Source: an uncultured virus (IMG/VR IMGVR_UViG_3300002231_000542) (Duplodnaviria > Heunggongvirae > Uroviricota > Caudoviricetes). Taken from it: a stretch of DNA of 64,000 nt. Location of the stretch: the IMG/VR virus record IMGVR_UViG_3300002231_000542, positions 1 through 64,000 of that record; one strand, written 5' to 3'. Of this stretch, positions 20,486-29,075 are shown in pieces. The translations under genes and the position numbers were made by a program. The notes under the pieces were generated by a model, which searched no databases, was not told the origin of the DNA, and saw only the letters and a program-made list of their open reading frames with translations. Numbering within the stretch: position 1 is the first letter of the stretch; each line of letters begins with the position of its first letter.

Positions 20486-21007
20486 CTATTTATAATTATT
20501 AAGAAATGCTCTTGGATGAACGTTCTTAATAAACTCATCTAACACACAAAGTACTAGATTATACTGTGGAAATGCGCCTATCTTCTCTACATCAAAAAGA
20601 AAAGCCCCACTATAAAATAAACCTATTAAAGTAGGTTTATTATTCTCTCTAACTAGTACAACTGGTTTCTTATTCAACTGATACCCTAACTTAACTGTTG
20701 TTGTCCAAAAATCGTATATAGAACCTTCTTTAGGAGTTCCTGTAAATAAAGAGAATAACTTAATATTCTTATAAGATTTACATTCAAACACAAACTTATC
20801 TATGTAGGGGTATCCTCTCTCCTCTACAGCCGATATATCGCCAGCACCTACTCCTGAACCTAGTTTATTCTGTTTTACAGTAGCCCTACCGCCGCTCATA
20901 GCACTTCTCCAGAAGATACTATCTGAGTCACCACCAGTAACCCACAATGATAACTTCTTACACATTAACCTCTCAAACGAACTTCCTTTCTGCTTGCTAT
21001 TCGCCAT
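20486..21007 (-). CDS. Holliday junction resolvase (Hjc-like PD-(D/E)xK)
   Basis: SKQKGSSFER, RSAMSGG, GDI, FECK. Confidence 0.8.
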   Translation of the reverse strand: MANSKQKGSSFERLMCKKLSLWVTGGDSDSIFWRSAMSGGRATVKQNKLGSGVGAGDISAVEERGYPYIDKFVFECKSYKNIKLFSLFTGTPKEGSIYDFWTTTVKLGYQLNKKPVVLVRENNKPTLIGLFYSGAFLFDVEKIGAFPQYNLVLCVLDEFIKNVHPRAFLNNYK

Positions 21008-21023
21008 GAATCTCCTCTATAGT

Positions 21024-21100
21024 TGAAAGCGTAGGCTTCTAACTTGAACGTGCGAACGGAAGAATCAAAGTCTCCTGTCTTACCACTTAACTACTACGCT
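21024..21100 (-). tRNA. tRNA-Gln(UUG)-like with degenerate T arm
   Basis: Acceptor AGCGTAG/CTACGCT, D loop AAGTGGTAAG, anticodon arm GGAGA-ctTTGat-TCTTC. The T arm is irregular and there is no clear CCA. Confidence 0.55.
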
Positions 21101-21105
21101 TTAAA

Positions 21106-21178
21106 ATGGTCAGGTTGCTGAAATCGACATCAGCACCTCCCGGAACCATATCCAGGCATACTCTTTATACGAAACCTG
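21106..21178 (-). tRNA. Degenerate tRNA-Pro(UGG)-like
   Basis: CAGGTT/AACCTG acceptor + ACCA, CCTGG/CCGGG stem with an 8-nt loop containing TGG, and a GCTGA/TCAGC T-like arm. Confidence 0.45.
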
Positions 21179-21182
21179 TTAA

Positions 21183-21307
21183 TTTGAAATGCATAGCTTG
21201 ATAGGAATTGAACCTATACTGGTTTACTAAAGCTCGGTTCTAGTAAACCATTCAACCAATGACGGTTTACACAATGACCACTCTGACACTAAGCCGTGCA
21301 TTTCAAA
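21183..21307 (-). ncRNA. Class-II tRNA-derived RNA with extended acceptor stem and elongated anticodon arm
   Basis: D arm TCAGAGTGGTCATTG, T arm ATAGGTTCAATTCCTAT, terminal stem TTTGAAATGCA/TGCATTTCAAA. Confidence 0.55.
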
Positions 21308-21481
21308 ACTGTTAACGTCCCATAAATTCAGCTAAGAACCCTGTTGTGTATTCACAACTTTCTTCTTAGCCGGTTGTTGTTTACAGAAATTAGCCATTAC
21401 CTTTAGGCTCTCAGCTATACTTTCTAAATTATCGTTCATATTCTTTACAGCTTTATGTTCTGCTAACGTCATCAGCTCTCC

Positions 21482-22486
21482 TTAATACTTAGAATAACTA
21501 CACCCAATAGCTTGCTTAACTTCTTCCCATTTTTCAATAGTCATATCTTTAATTTGTTGTATGCCTTCGACATCCTTTCGTTCACGTAAATCATCTGCAA
21601 ACGCTAACACTCTCGGTGTTTTTAAGTACTTATACTTCTTCAACCACTTAATATTACTAGTTATATCATCTACACCATGCTCAGGTATAACGTCTATATT
21701 GAATTTAGCATAAGCCATTCCCACTTTATTCTTAGTTATCTCTACTTGAACTTCATTCCCAACTTTATGCTTTTGTCCTCTATATGTTCTACTGATAGCC
21801 TTAATAAAATTCAACCAAATAACTTGACTAGAGTAGAACTGTAAAGCTTTTCCTCCGTTACGTGTCTGTGTCTTACCAAATATAACATCCAACTTCTGAC
21901 GTATCTGGGATACAATTAAAAAATGAGTGCCACTCTCTGCTAGTGGGCGTAGAACTTTCCGAAGGTACTCGCCTATTAGCTTAGCTCTTTGAGCCTGAAT
22001 ATAACCACCAACTGCTTTCTTATCCTCTTTTTGAGCTTCTGTAGCTTGTAATGCATCTAAACTATCTATAATTGATAATTGAGGTACCTTTACATCCTTT
22101 GTTATCTCGTGCATTTTATCAAAAAGAGCTTCTACTGTATTTATACCTTCTACAAAATCTATCTTATCTACAGGTACCTTTAGCCGCCTAGCATATTCAA
22201 AATCATAAGCTGCTTCTGCTTCTTTATAATAACAATTACCATCTTCGTACTCTTTGAAAAAATTAATAGAAGCTTCCCCAGCCAGTAATGTCTTTCCCGT
22301 AGAACTGTCCCCAACTAAATTAGTTACTCTCCCTAACGGGTAGCCTCCTCCAAGAGCGCAGTCCATTAGAGTAACTCCAGTACTAATATATCTTAGCGGT
22401 TCTTCTTTTCTATTAAATAAATCTTCAACTTCTTCTACTTCTTCTACTTCTTCCAGTTCATCCTTATTTGCTTTCTTTCTTGCCAT
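21482..22486 (-). CDS. recA: RecA/UvsX recombinase
   Basis: STG..MDCALGGGYP.GR, GDSSTGKT, IIDS, SQIR, GGKALQFYSS, KNKV. Confidence 0.92.
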   Translation of the reverse strand: MARKKANKDELEEVEEVEEVEDLFNRKEEPLRYISTGVTLMDCALGGGYPLGRVTNLVGDSSTGKTLLAGEASINFFKEYEDGNCYYKEAEAAYDFEYARRLKVPVDKIDFVEGINTVEALFDKMHEITKDVKVPQLSIIDSLDALQATEAQKEDKKAVGGYIQAQRAKLIGEYLRKVLRPLAESGTHFLIVSQIRQKLDVIFGKTQTRNGGKALQFYSSQVIWLNFIKAISRTYRGQKHKVGNEVQVEITKNKVGMAYAKFNIDVIPEHGVDDITSNIKWLKKYKYLKTPRVLAFADDLRERKDVEGIQQIKDMTIEKWEEVKQAIGCSYSKY

Positions 22487-22579
22487 TCGGTATCCTTATA
22501 TTTTAATGTAATTTGACATAACCCTTTAATTTAATTCGCTTACTTTATTTTTCAGTCTACCTCTAGGTTACGCAAATAT

Positions 22580-22623
22580 AAAGTTGGTGGCGGTTGTCTA
22601 ATGTGAGGTCAGCCACCAACTTT
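22580..22623. terminator. Hairpin downstream of the SSB gene
   Basis: AAAGTTGGTGGC...GCCACCAACTTT. Confidence 0.55.
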
Positions 22624-22639
22624 ATAAATATTAAACTAA

Positions 22640-23593
22640 CTAAGCACGCTTCCTTTTCCTGAGTTTAGCTACTTTAGCTTCATCAGCTGTAGCTTCTTTC
22701 TCTGGAACTGGTACACCGCACTCCTCATGCAGAAGTTCTAATTGCTCTTCCGGTGTTAAACCTTCTATATTTAGACCGAACTCATCTACTAGAATCTCTT
22801 CTACCTCGTCTGGGCTAAATGATGCTATATCCTCTGCATCATATATACCTACATTACTCTCTACTTCAGCAGTTGCTATCTCTGTAGCAACGGCTGTAGA
22901 TGTGGCTGACCTGCCATGGAAGAGTTTAGCAACTTCTTCGTAAGTTCTATTAATTAAGAACTCATCAATAGGGTTATTCTTTAACCACTCCACATCTACA
23001 GCAGAGAGAGGCATTGGAGTTGGATCCATTTGGTAGGCATCATACTTTGTGTTAAGGTTTTTGCCTGTTCTAGTGAATCCTAGTACGCATCCTTCCTCAT
23101 CATCATCAAAATAGATGAGTTTTCCTGATAGTGTTTTGGCAACTCCATTAATAGACCTATCAACTGAGCCTGGCATATTCCAAATCAGAATATCTTCAGA
23201 CATGTGTCCTTTCTCTACTAACTTTACATAACAGAGGTATCTCTTACTAGGTCTTAGTGACTTAGCGTACTCCGCATCACCATCAGCTCTTGCCTTTGCC
23301 GCTTCTTCACAAACTGGGCAGGCTTCCCCATACGTACTCTGATTACAGAGTACTCTTGCCTCGTTCGCACCTACTTGAAAATGTACGTACAATTCAATAC
23401 CAAAACTATCACCGTAAGCATCAAAGTCGAATAGTGCTGGTGCAATCCTTAGTGTGTTCTGCCCTTCTTGGGGAATAAACTCCTTGAGAGGGCTCTTAAA
23501 AAAGGTTTCCCTTTCTTTATAACTGCTCTGGTTCTGCTGTTTCTCCACCATCTCCTTGGTTCTCTTCCTGAATGCTCTGTCCTTTACTGCCAT
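22640..23593 (-). CDS. Single-stranded DNA-binding protein (gp32-like)
   Basis: G.NTLRI.P, YVH, C...GEACPVCE, RTGK..TKY, acidic C-terminal region; sits next to recA. Confidence 0.8.
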   Translation of the reverse strand: MAVKDRAFRKRTKEMVEKQQNQSSYKERETFFKSPLKEFIPQEGQNTLRIAPALFDFDAYGDSFGIELYVHFQVGANEARVLCNQSTYGEACPVCEEAAKARADGDAEYAKSLRPSKRYLCYVKLVEKGHMSEDILIWNMPGSVDRSINGVAKTLSGKLIYFDDDEEGCVLGFTRTGKNLNTKYDAYQMDPTPMPLSAVDVEWLKNNPIDEFLINRTYEEVAKLFHGRSATSTAVATEIATAEVESNVGIYDAEDIASFSPDEVEEILVDEFGLNIEGLTPEEQLELLHEECGVPVPEKEATADEAKVAKLRKRKRA

Positions 23594-24193
23594 GTATGAT
23601 TTTCTCCTTGAGATTATCTATGTAATCTTGACCTAATGTATTAAGTGATTCTTTCAAATTTCCAACTCTTTGAAAATATTCAAATTTCGACTCATACTTA
23701 ATCTTATACGTAATCTCTTTTACTTTTACATCGTAGTTAATCTTTATATTAAAGTATGTTTTTAGTAGATACGCTACTACTACTTTAATAAATATTAAAC
23801 TCGCTATGGTTATAATAACATATAACCCAGTGTAGTTTAACGCCTCTGCCGAGCCTTTTAAATATTCGTACATGATAGTTCTCCTTTTTTACTTAATTTA
23901 TTTTATTTTGTACTGCTTAATACTGCACTTTCTACTTATTAACTAAAGTAAAATAACTTATCATACCTTTCTTTATAATCTTGTAATATATTCATAGTTT
24001 ACTCTTCTTTTCCCATTGTTTCTAAAAATTTAGTAAGACATACGTAGCATTCCCGTGGTACTCCTATATGGTCACATACTGCGCATTGTTTCTTGAACTT
24101 GTAATTACCTGGATTTAATACCAATAATCTTAACTTATTATTCTCGTCTCTAAGCATTGTCTTTACTCCCATGGTAATCTCCTGTTTAATAGA

Positions 24194-24286
24194 AGAAGTA
24201 CTTTAGCGGGGGAGGAAGTCGAATCCTCTACCTTCAGAATTTGAACCTGATGAGCTACCGTTGCTCAACCCCGCTAAAGTACTTCT
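24194..24286 (-). tRNA. Met/initiator-like tRNA body with CAA anticodon inside an 18-bp inverted repeat; no CCA
   Basis: AGCGGGG-TTGAGCAACGGTAGCTC-A-TCAGG-ttCAAat-TCTGA-AGGTA-GAGGATTCGACTTCCTC-CCCCGCT. Confidence 0.6.
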
Positions 24287-24294
24287 GTTATGCT

Positions 24295-24370
24295 TGGCTC
24301 TGACGACACGGCTCGAACGTGTACTCTTCGGATTAACAATCCACTGCTTTACCAATTAAGCTACGTCAGA
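24295..24370 (-). tRNA. trnN: tRNA-Asn(GUU)
   Basis: TCTGACG/CGTCAGA + GCCA; loop ttGTTaa; T arm ACACGTTCGAGCCGTGT. Confidence 0.85.
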
Positions 24371-24375
24371 ATATT

Positions 24376-24450
24376 TGGTTCACTGAGATAGATTTTAANT
24401 ATCGACCTCTCGATTATCAGTCAAGTGCTCTGTCGCTGAGCTACTAGTGA
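24376..24450 (-). tRNA. trnI: tRNA-Ile(GAU) with atypical T loop
   Basis: D arm GCTCAG..GAGC, CTTGA-ctGATaa-TCGAG, ACCA end; the T loop reads TTAAAAT. Confidence 0.7.
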
Positions 24451-24469
24451 ACATGTTATTTTATAACTG

Positions 24470-24544
24470 TAACCGATGAAGTGACTTGAACCCTCAACAT
24501 TCTGCTTACAAGGTAGGCATTCTAGTCAGTTAAACTACATCAGC
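24470..24544 (-). tRNA. tRNA-Thr(UGU)-like, degenerate, no CCA
   Basis: GCTGATG/CATCGGT, loop ctTGTaa, GGTTCAAG; stem mismatches. Confidence 0.6.
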
Positions 24545-24553
24545 ATTTTAATT

Positions 24554-24630
24554 TGGTCTTAGCGAGAGGATTTGAACCTCTGACCCCCTGCTCCCAAGGC
24601 AGGTGCGCTACCAGACTGCGCTACGCTAAG
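24554..24630 (-). tRNA. trnP: tRNA-Pro(UGG)
   Basis: Canonical cloverleaf: CTTAGCG/CGCTAAG-ACCA, CCTGC-ctTGGga-GCAGG, AGAGGTTCAAATCCTCT. Confidence 0.92.
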
Positions 24631-24691
24631 CTAATTCTATTACGTATGTGATGCTAACCACGCTACAAGGTACAGGCACCACAAATACCTA

Positions 24692-25180
24692 TTAAACCAC
24701 TGACGCTCGCTTCTCCCTTCTACTGTCTCTTAAGCGTTTTTCTACTACAGTAGAAGCCTTCTCTTCAGCACTCTTACACGTTACTTCTGAATAATAATTA
24801 TGAATAAACAAATCACCTAATATCTTCAACATAGAAGTTCTTGTTATATAAGCATCTACTAACACCTTCAGCTGATCGGCCTCAGCTTTATATGCTAGGT
24901 AATCTTCCTGAGCTTTCATAACTTTAGCGTCAGTGGTGGTTTCACTCTCTATCTCTTTCACAGTAGGTCTCTGAGTCCCAGCTTCTGCTAGAATTCGTCG
25001 CACAGTTTGTGCTTTAACTTCTTCTATCTTAACTTTAGCAGTATCTCTCTTTGCTACTACTTCAGCATATCTACTACCAACTATCAGAGAGAGTTGCCCG
25101 TTGTTTCTACATGCTTCATCTAACTTGTACTCATCTATTACTATATTGTCTCGTAATTCTTCAATTGTTGTATCTATCAT
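24692..25180 (-). CDS. UvsY-like recombination mediator
   Basis: IDEYKLDE N-terminus, all-helical, 162 aa, near recA/SSB. Confidence 0.65.
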   Translation of the reverse strand: MIDTTIEELRDNIVIDEYKLDEACRNNGQLSLIVGSRYAEVVAKRDTAKVKIEEVKAQTVRRILAEAGTQRPTVKEIESETTTDAKVMKAQEDYLAYKAEADQLKVLVDAYITRTSMLKILGDLFIHNYYSEVTCKSAEEKASTVVEKRLRDSRREKRASVV

Positions 25181-25271
25181 TTTTATATCCCTTTCTAATA
25201 TCTATATTAAACTAGCTACAACGGAAGCAAAGGGGAGGGAAACTCCATTGTAACTAGCTTAATAGCTTAAC

Positions 25272-25325
25272 TACTTAATAAAACCATACTAACATATTTA
25301 ATTTTAAAAGTCAATATAATTTTTA
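25272..25325 (-). promoter_or_regulatory. 54-bp repeated promoter (TTGACT-17-TAGTAT), copy 1
   Basis: Identical to 34291..34344. Confidence 0.8.
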
Positions 25326-25329
25326 ATTT

Positions 25330-26256
25330 TTAATTACAAATTCTTGAAACAGCTAAAGTCAGTTCAGCTTTTGCTGTAGCTGGGCTAAACTCTAATATAA
25401 AGGATTCCATTAACTCGGAGAACCTCTGTGCTATTTCCTTTTTCTTAGCCTTAAGTAAACATCCATTTAGGTAGTTTACTATATGGATTCTAGCTACCTC
25501 AGCATCAGAGTTACTCATCTTCTTAATAATCTTAGCACATGTTCCAAAATGTCTACTTCCTACTAACTCTCTGCATACCTCATAAACTGTACCGTTCTCT
25601 TCTGGTACACTTAACATCTCTCGTATTTCTGTTATATCTTCACACTCAAAGCACTTCTCTAATGAAGTTAATGCATTACGAGGAGAACCATCAGCTACCT
25701 GTGCTATCAGACTAAGCTCCGCTTTAGTCCTCTTAGCACCCTCGCCCTCACAGGCTCGCTCTAATATCTTAATAATATCAGATGTTTCTAACTTCTTAAA
25801 CTCATAACTTATACATCTATTCTTAACAGTAGGAATAATCTTTTCAGGATTAGTCGTACATAGAGCAAAGTATAAATGCTTTGGTGGCTCTTCCAACACC
25901 TTTAGTAGAGCGTTCTGAGCTGCTACAGTTACTAAATGAGCCTCATCAATAATAACAAACTTCTTATCACATCCCTTAATTATAGACTTATGTCTACTAG
26001 CATGTATGAGTTCTCGCATAGCATCTATACCAGTAAGAAGAGCTGAGTCTGTTTCTGTTCTACCATACCTATTAACACCCAACATATTCGCTATTATTCT
26101 AGCTATAGTAGTCTTACCTGAGCCAGTTTCCCCTACTAACAGAAATGCATGAGGTACTTTTTCGCACTCAAATGCTCCCTGAATACTGTTCTTTATTAAA
26201 TTATGACCAAGTACCTCATCTAAAGTACTTGGTCTATAGACTTTATCAATCCCCAT
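25330..26256 (-). CDS. dnaX: Clamp loader, DNA pol III gamma/tau-like AAA+ ATPase
   Basis: YRP..LDEVLG, GETGSGKTT, IIDEAH, NALLKVLEEPP, NRC, GSPRNA. Confidence 0.92.
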   Translation of the reverse strand: MGIDKVYRPSTLDEVLGHNLIKNSIQGAFECEKVPHAFLLVGETGSGKTTIARIIANMLGVNRYGRTETDSALLTGIDAMRELIHASRHKSIIKGCDKKFVIIDEAHLVTVAAQNALLKVLEEPPKHLYFALCTTNPEKIIPTVKNRCISYEFKKLETSDIIKILERACEGEGAKRTKAELSLIAQVADGSPRNALTSLEKCFECEDITEIREMLSVPEENGTVYEVCRELVGSRHFGTCAKIIKKMSNSDAEVARIHIVNYLNGCLLKAKKKEIAQRFSELMESFILEFSPATAKAELTLAVSRICN

Positions 26257-26267
26257 TTACCCTCCTT

Positions 26268-26600
26268 TTACTTGATAATAGTTAAAGCATTGCTCGCAGC
26301 TACAAACTGCGAGCAAGCCTTCTGACATGGTTTCGTCATTATAAAGTTTTTCTTCTTACATTTCTTTATATGAGGTCTCCCAAATACAATATTCTTCTGT
26401 ATATAGTGACACGCACCACACATTCTCATCCTCACACTCCACATGCTCGACTTAAGTAACTCATGTGATACTGTTGCTCCAATCTCACTGAACTCTGCTA
26501 GTTCGTCTTGTGTGATTGTACCTGTATTCATCTGTGAATACAGCTCTGCGTACCTCTTGACTTTTCTGTTCAACTCTCTTCTTTCATCTAATTCTGACAT
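26268..26600 (-). CDS. Hypothetical Cys-containing protein
   Basis: 110 aa, RBS AGGAGG. Confidence 0.55.
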   Translation of the reverse strand: MSELDERRELNRKVKRYAELYSQMNTGTITQDELAEFSEIGATVSHELLKSSMWSVRMRMCGACHYIQKNIVFGRPHIKKCKKKNFIMTKPCQKACSQFVAASNALTIIK

Positions 26601-26616
26601 TTACTACCTCCTTTAT

Positions 26617-29075
26617 TTATATTACTTCTAATTCGTACCAGTTCCTACCGATACAAATTTCTATATCTAATTTCACACCATTCATCAATGGTAATTGTCT
26701 TAACATCTCTTCTTCTATTATATCTAATGATTCCTCTAAATGTTCATCTGGTATATAGAACGAGAGATCATCATGAATATTTAATACTGGATGTAGATAA
26801 GGTTTTACCTTGTTTTCTAGCTAACTGAGCCAACCTGACCCATACCCATAACTACTATATCACTCGCTCCACCCTGTATAGGTGAGTTAATAATCTGATT
26901 ATGAGCAATAGGAGCTCTTCGTCGTCTACCTGTTAATGACTCTACGTACCCATGAGTTCTATACAATATACTCACTTTCTTCTGCCACGCTAAAACTTTA
27001 GGAAACTCAGCCCAGAATAAGTCACATAGGTACTTTGACTCATTTATAGTAATACCTAATAACTGCGATACCTTGTAATGACTACAACCATAGAATAGAG
27101 GAAATACTAATGAATTCTTAATTCCTTTTCTAAATTTCTTTAAAGCATCATCAGTTAAATCTTCAAACTTTTCTACTCCAGCCGCATAAGGGTAAAGCTG
27201 AGCTGTCTTTATAGCCCATTCCATATGAATATCAGATTCTACAATCTTGTACTCACCTGTAACCATAGCTATTACTCTAGCCTCTAACTGTCCATAATCA
27301 CAAGCTACAAACCAGTGTCCTTTTGGAGCTGTGATCATCTTTCTAACATGCTTGTTAGCTCTACTAGGGAAGTTCTGTATGTTAGGTTTATCAGAACTAA
27401 ACCTACCGGTAGCAGTAAACATTGAGTTAAAATTAGGATGTAAGTATCCTTCGTACATATGTGTAGCTACTGGTTCTATATAAGTAGACCTTAGCTTATC
27501 ATGTTTCCTGAATTTAGGCAACAACTTCGCTAATGGATTACCACGTTTAGCGTACTGTCTTAGAATCTCATCATCAAATTTCCATGAACTATCCTTAGTA
27601 GTACCTAAACATTCTTCTTTGTAGTAATCTCTAAATATCTTAGTTAGAGCCGCTGTACTTCCATACTTAAACTTATTCCTATTAGCAGCTTTATACGCTA
27701 TAACTTCTGGTATAGCTTCTATCTGTTCTACTAACGGATTGATTTTACTCATTATGTCTTCGTAAAGTCTAGCTTGTTCTTCTTGGTCTACTAAAACTCC
27801 CCTAGACTCTGTAACTGCTAAGGTCTTTGAGACCTCTACATGATGGTCTATCAGTTCTATTAACTTATCATTATCTTTAATATCATCTATTATATCTAAT
27901 TGCTTTTTATATAACAAATACGTATACTTAGTATCCCTTGCATTATATAATAAAAGTTTCTTAATAGGTTGAGCTTCTAAATTTTTAATATCTATATCAG
28001 ATAACTCTTTCAATTTGAAACCAAGTCGTTCCTGGCATAAAGCATCAAGACCTAATAACGATACTTCTTTACAAGCTCTCTCATCTATAATGTAGGCTTG
28101 AGTCATAGTATCCATCCAATCTGTATCTAGGATACTCTCACCATAATACTTCATTAACCATGACATCTCAAATTTAACATTATGTGCTATCTTTAAAACA
28201 TCTTTACGATTGAAAAACTCCTCAAGCGTGTTATGTACTTGCTTTGCTAATAGCTTATTTTGGCTTATATGGTCTACGAGGATGCCCATATGGGCATCTT
28301 CTCGACTAAACGCAATACTTAGTATACGCGCGTTTTTTTCAAAGGCATATAAGCCTGTCGTCTCTATATCTATAGCTACAGGTTCATCCGACGATAGAAA
28401 CTCTTGTAGTTCTTCTATCGTCGGATTCAGATTAAAATTATCATCAGTTGGAACAACTACCTCTGGAACTTCAGAGAGTGTTTCATGAATAAAATTTAAA
28501 TCTCGAACCGTGATAGCATCTAGATCAGTATAGTCTCTTTTTTGTTCTTCATGCTGATCTAGTATCTCTGTCATAGAATGAATAGGTATAAACCAAAACG
28601 TATGGTCTTTAATCTTACATGGAAACTTTCTACCTCGTTGCCACATTATAAGATTTCTACCTATCATCCAATCTAGGGGTGCTTTCCCTAAACCAACTAC
28701 TATTTTTGGTTTAGATAAATAAATATCATTTTCTACATTAGTCCTACAGCAGTCAACTACATTCTTATCAGGCACTATCTGTTTAAAAGTAGTAGAACAA
28801 AGTTCTATATTACCGACTCTAATTGCAACATCTTTTAATGAAGTGCCTCGTTTTAGTTTATCTAGTAAATTACCTTCAATTCCAAACTGACCTCCTAAGA
28901 TGTATACTTCAGGACTCTTACTACCCCTTGGAAGGGTAAGACAACTTAATTCCGCATTACGTTCCTTTACACGTCTATACCGACAAACCTTACAGCCAAA
29001 CTTCTTAGCTACCTTAGCTTGTCGTACTTTCTTAGTTGACTTCTTAGGTCTTTTTTTATAATTTAGAAATGCCAT
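26617..29075 (-). CDS. polA: Family A DNA polymerase with N-terminal UDG-like domain and 3'-5' exonuclease; two apparent +1 errors near 26800-26840
   Basis: DIETTG, AHNVKFE, DTM, YNARD, TATGRFSS, DYGQLEAR, R...K...F..FYG, NSPIQG. Motif C (NIHDD) lies in the corrected frame, which ends at 26617. Confidence 0.92.
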
